Part shown: in pieces, positions 17,516-18,082 of the stretch
Position numbering within the stretch: the stretch's first letter is position 1
How the letters are laid out: the number at the start of each line of letters is the position of its first letter
From: an uncultured Pseudomonadota bacterium
Lineage (GTDB): Bacteria; BMS3Abin14
Length of the DNA: 18,082 nt
NCBI GenBank assembly: GCA_964454175.1
Contig: CAYVSA010000043.1
Location: forward strand, 1-18,082
Direction of reading: 5' to 3'
The notes under the pieces: model-generated
The model's database searches: none
Seen by the model: only the letters and a program-made list of their open reading frames with translations
Told to the model about the DNA's origin: nothing
Position numbers and translations under genes: made by a program

Positions 17516-17987
17516 ATGGATACCCTGGAGTTGGATTAAGAGGTCTCATCCCGATCTACCTGAAGAAAAACTTCAAGCGCTTTTCGCAGCATATCGCCTC
17601 ATCTCTACAAAGCTCCCCATAGACACTCTGGCTTCCAGGTCTATCCCGGGTGATAACGCCGGCTGTCACCGGTGCGGTTATTGCTGTGCACGCCTGAACC
17701 CGGGTCCGGTGGAGAACTACGAATTCGACGCATGGGATGACAGGAAGGCCCTCATACGGGATTTCTTTCTGCCCTGTGAGCGGCCCCGGAGCCCACCCCA
17801 TTATGCCTGCTTCTATTTCGAAGGGGTCAGGCTCCAAATATGTCCCCTTCTGATGGAGAACAAGAAGGATCATCACCAGTTCTGCTCTGTGTATCATTTC
17901 GGGCCGGGATTCCGCCCGTCGGCCTGCGAAAGCTTCCGACCCAACTACCCCCGCTGTGAGATAACCCAGAGACCGTTGGTGTATTGA
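17516..17987 (+). pseudogene. YkgJ-type cysteine-cluster (CxxCxxCC) gene, apparently frameshifted near its 5' end (or a sequencing error or non-canonical start)
   Basis: The frame of the track ORF 17709-17987 is open back to 17397 and encodes GCHRCGYCC (17661-17687), plus downstream CPLL..CSVY..RPSAC..F. It has no in-frame ATG/GTG/TTG before 17709. ATG 17516 (MDTLE) joins this frame if one base near 17531 is removed. Confidence 0.65.
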
Positions 17988-18020
17988 TTGTTAACCGAGT
18001 TCCAGGTTAGCTTTACTACA

Positions 18021-18048
18021 GTCCCAAGACCCAAGTCCCATGTCCCAG
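18021..18048 (+). repeat. Degenerate heptamer tandem repeat (GWCCCAN x4)
   Basis: GTCCCAA GACCCAA GTCCCAT GTCCCAG. Confidence 0.8.
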
Positions 18049-18082
18049 GTCATATCAAATTCACCCCCACCTAGCCTCCCCC

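Noticed and set aside
17434-17622. Selenocysteine readthrough at CCC-TGA (17491-17496) in the GTG 17434 frame
   Set aside because: Readthrough stays out of frame with the cysteine-cluster domain and ends at a TAG near 17620. There is no redox-motif context.
17556-17897. 113-aa minus-strand ORF
   Set aside because: Antisense to the better-supported CxxCxxCC reading frame.

Overview
An 18-kb bacterial chromosomal segment of moderate GC content. The gene families look deltaproteobacterial (Desulfobacterota-like), but that placement is a weak inference. Three minus-strand gene pairs each put an accessory exported or membrane protein directly upstream of a signal transducer: (i) an orphan LivJ-type substrate-binding protein plus a PAS/GAF hybrid histidine kinase, (ii) an EB_dh/DOMON-like periplasmic protein plus a long methyl-accepting chemotaxis protein, and (iii) a 95-aa three-helix membrane protein translationally coupled to a 3TM-GAF histidine kinase. 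On the plus strand is a TetR-led operon with a perfect 18-bp palindrome in its promoter, encoding a LolA-like protein, two FtsX/LolE-type permeases, an ABC ATPase and a probable outer-membrane beta-barrel. Next come a DnaJ-type zinc-finger microprotein with azlC-azlD, and a YkgJ-type (CxxCxxCC) gene that lacks an in-frame canonical start and appears frameshifted. Many intergenic spacers carry degenerate 7-bp tandem repeats, and three of these arrays lie next to a shared TAGRTGGGRGTGA motif. No rRNA, tRNA, CRISPR array or transposase was recognised.
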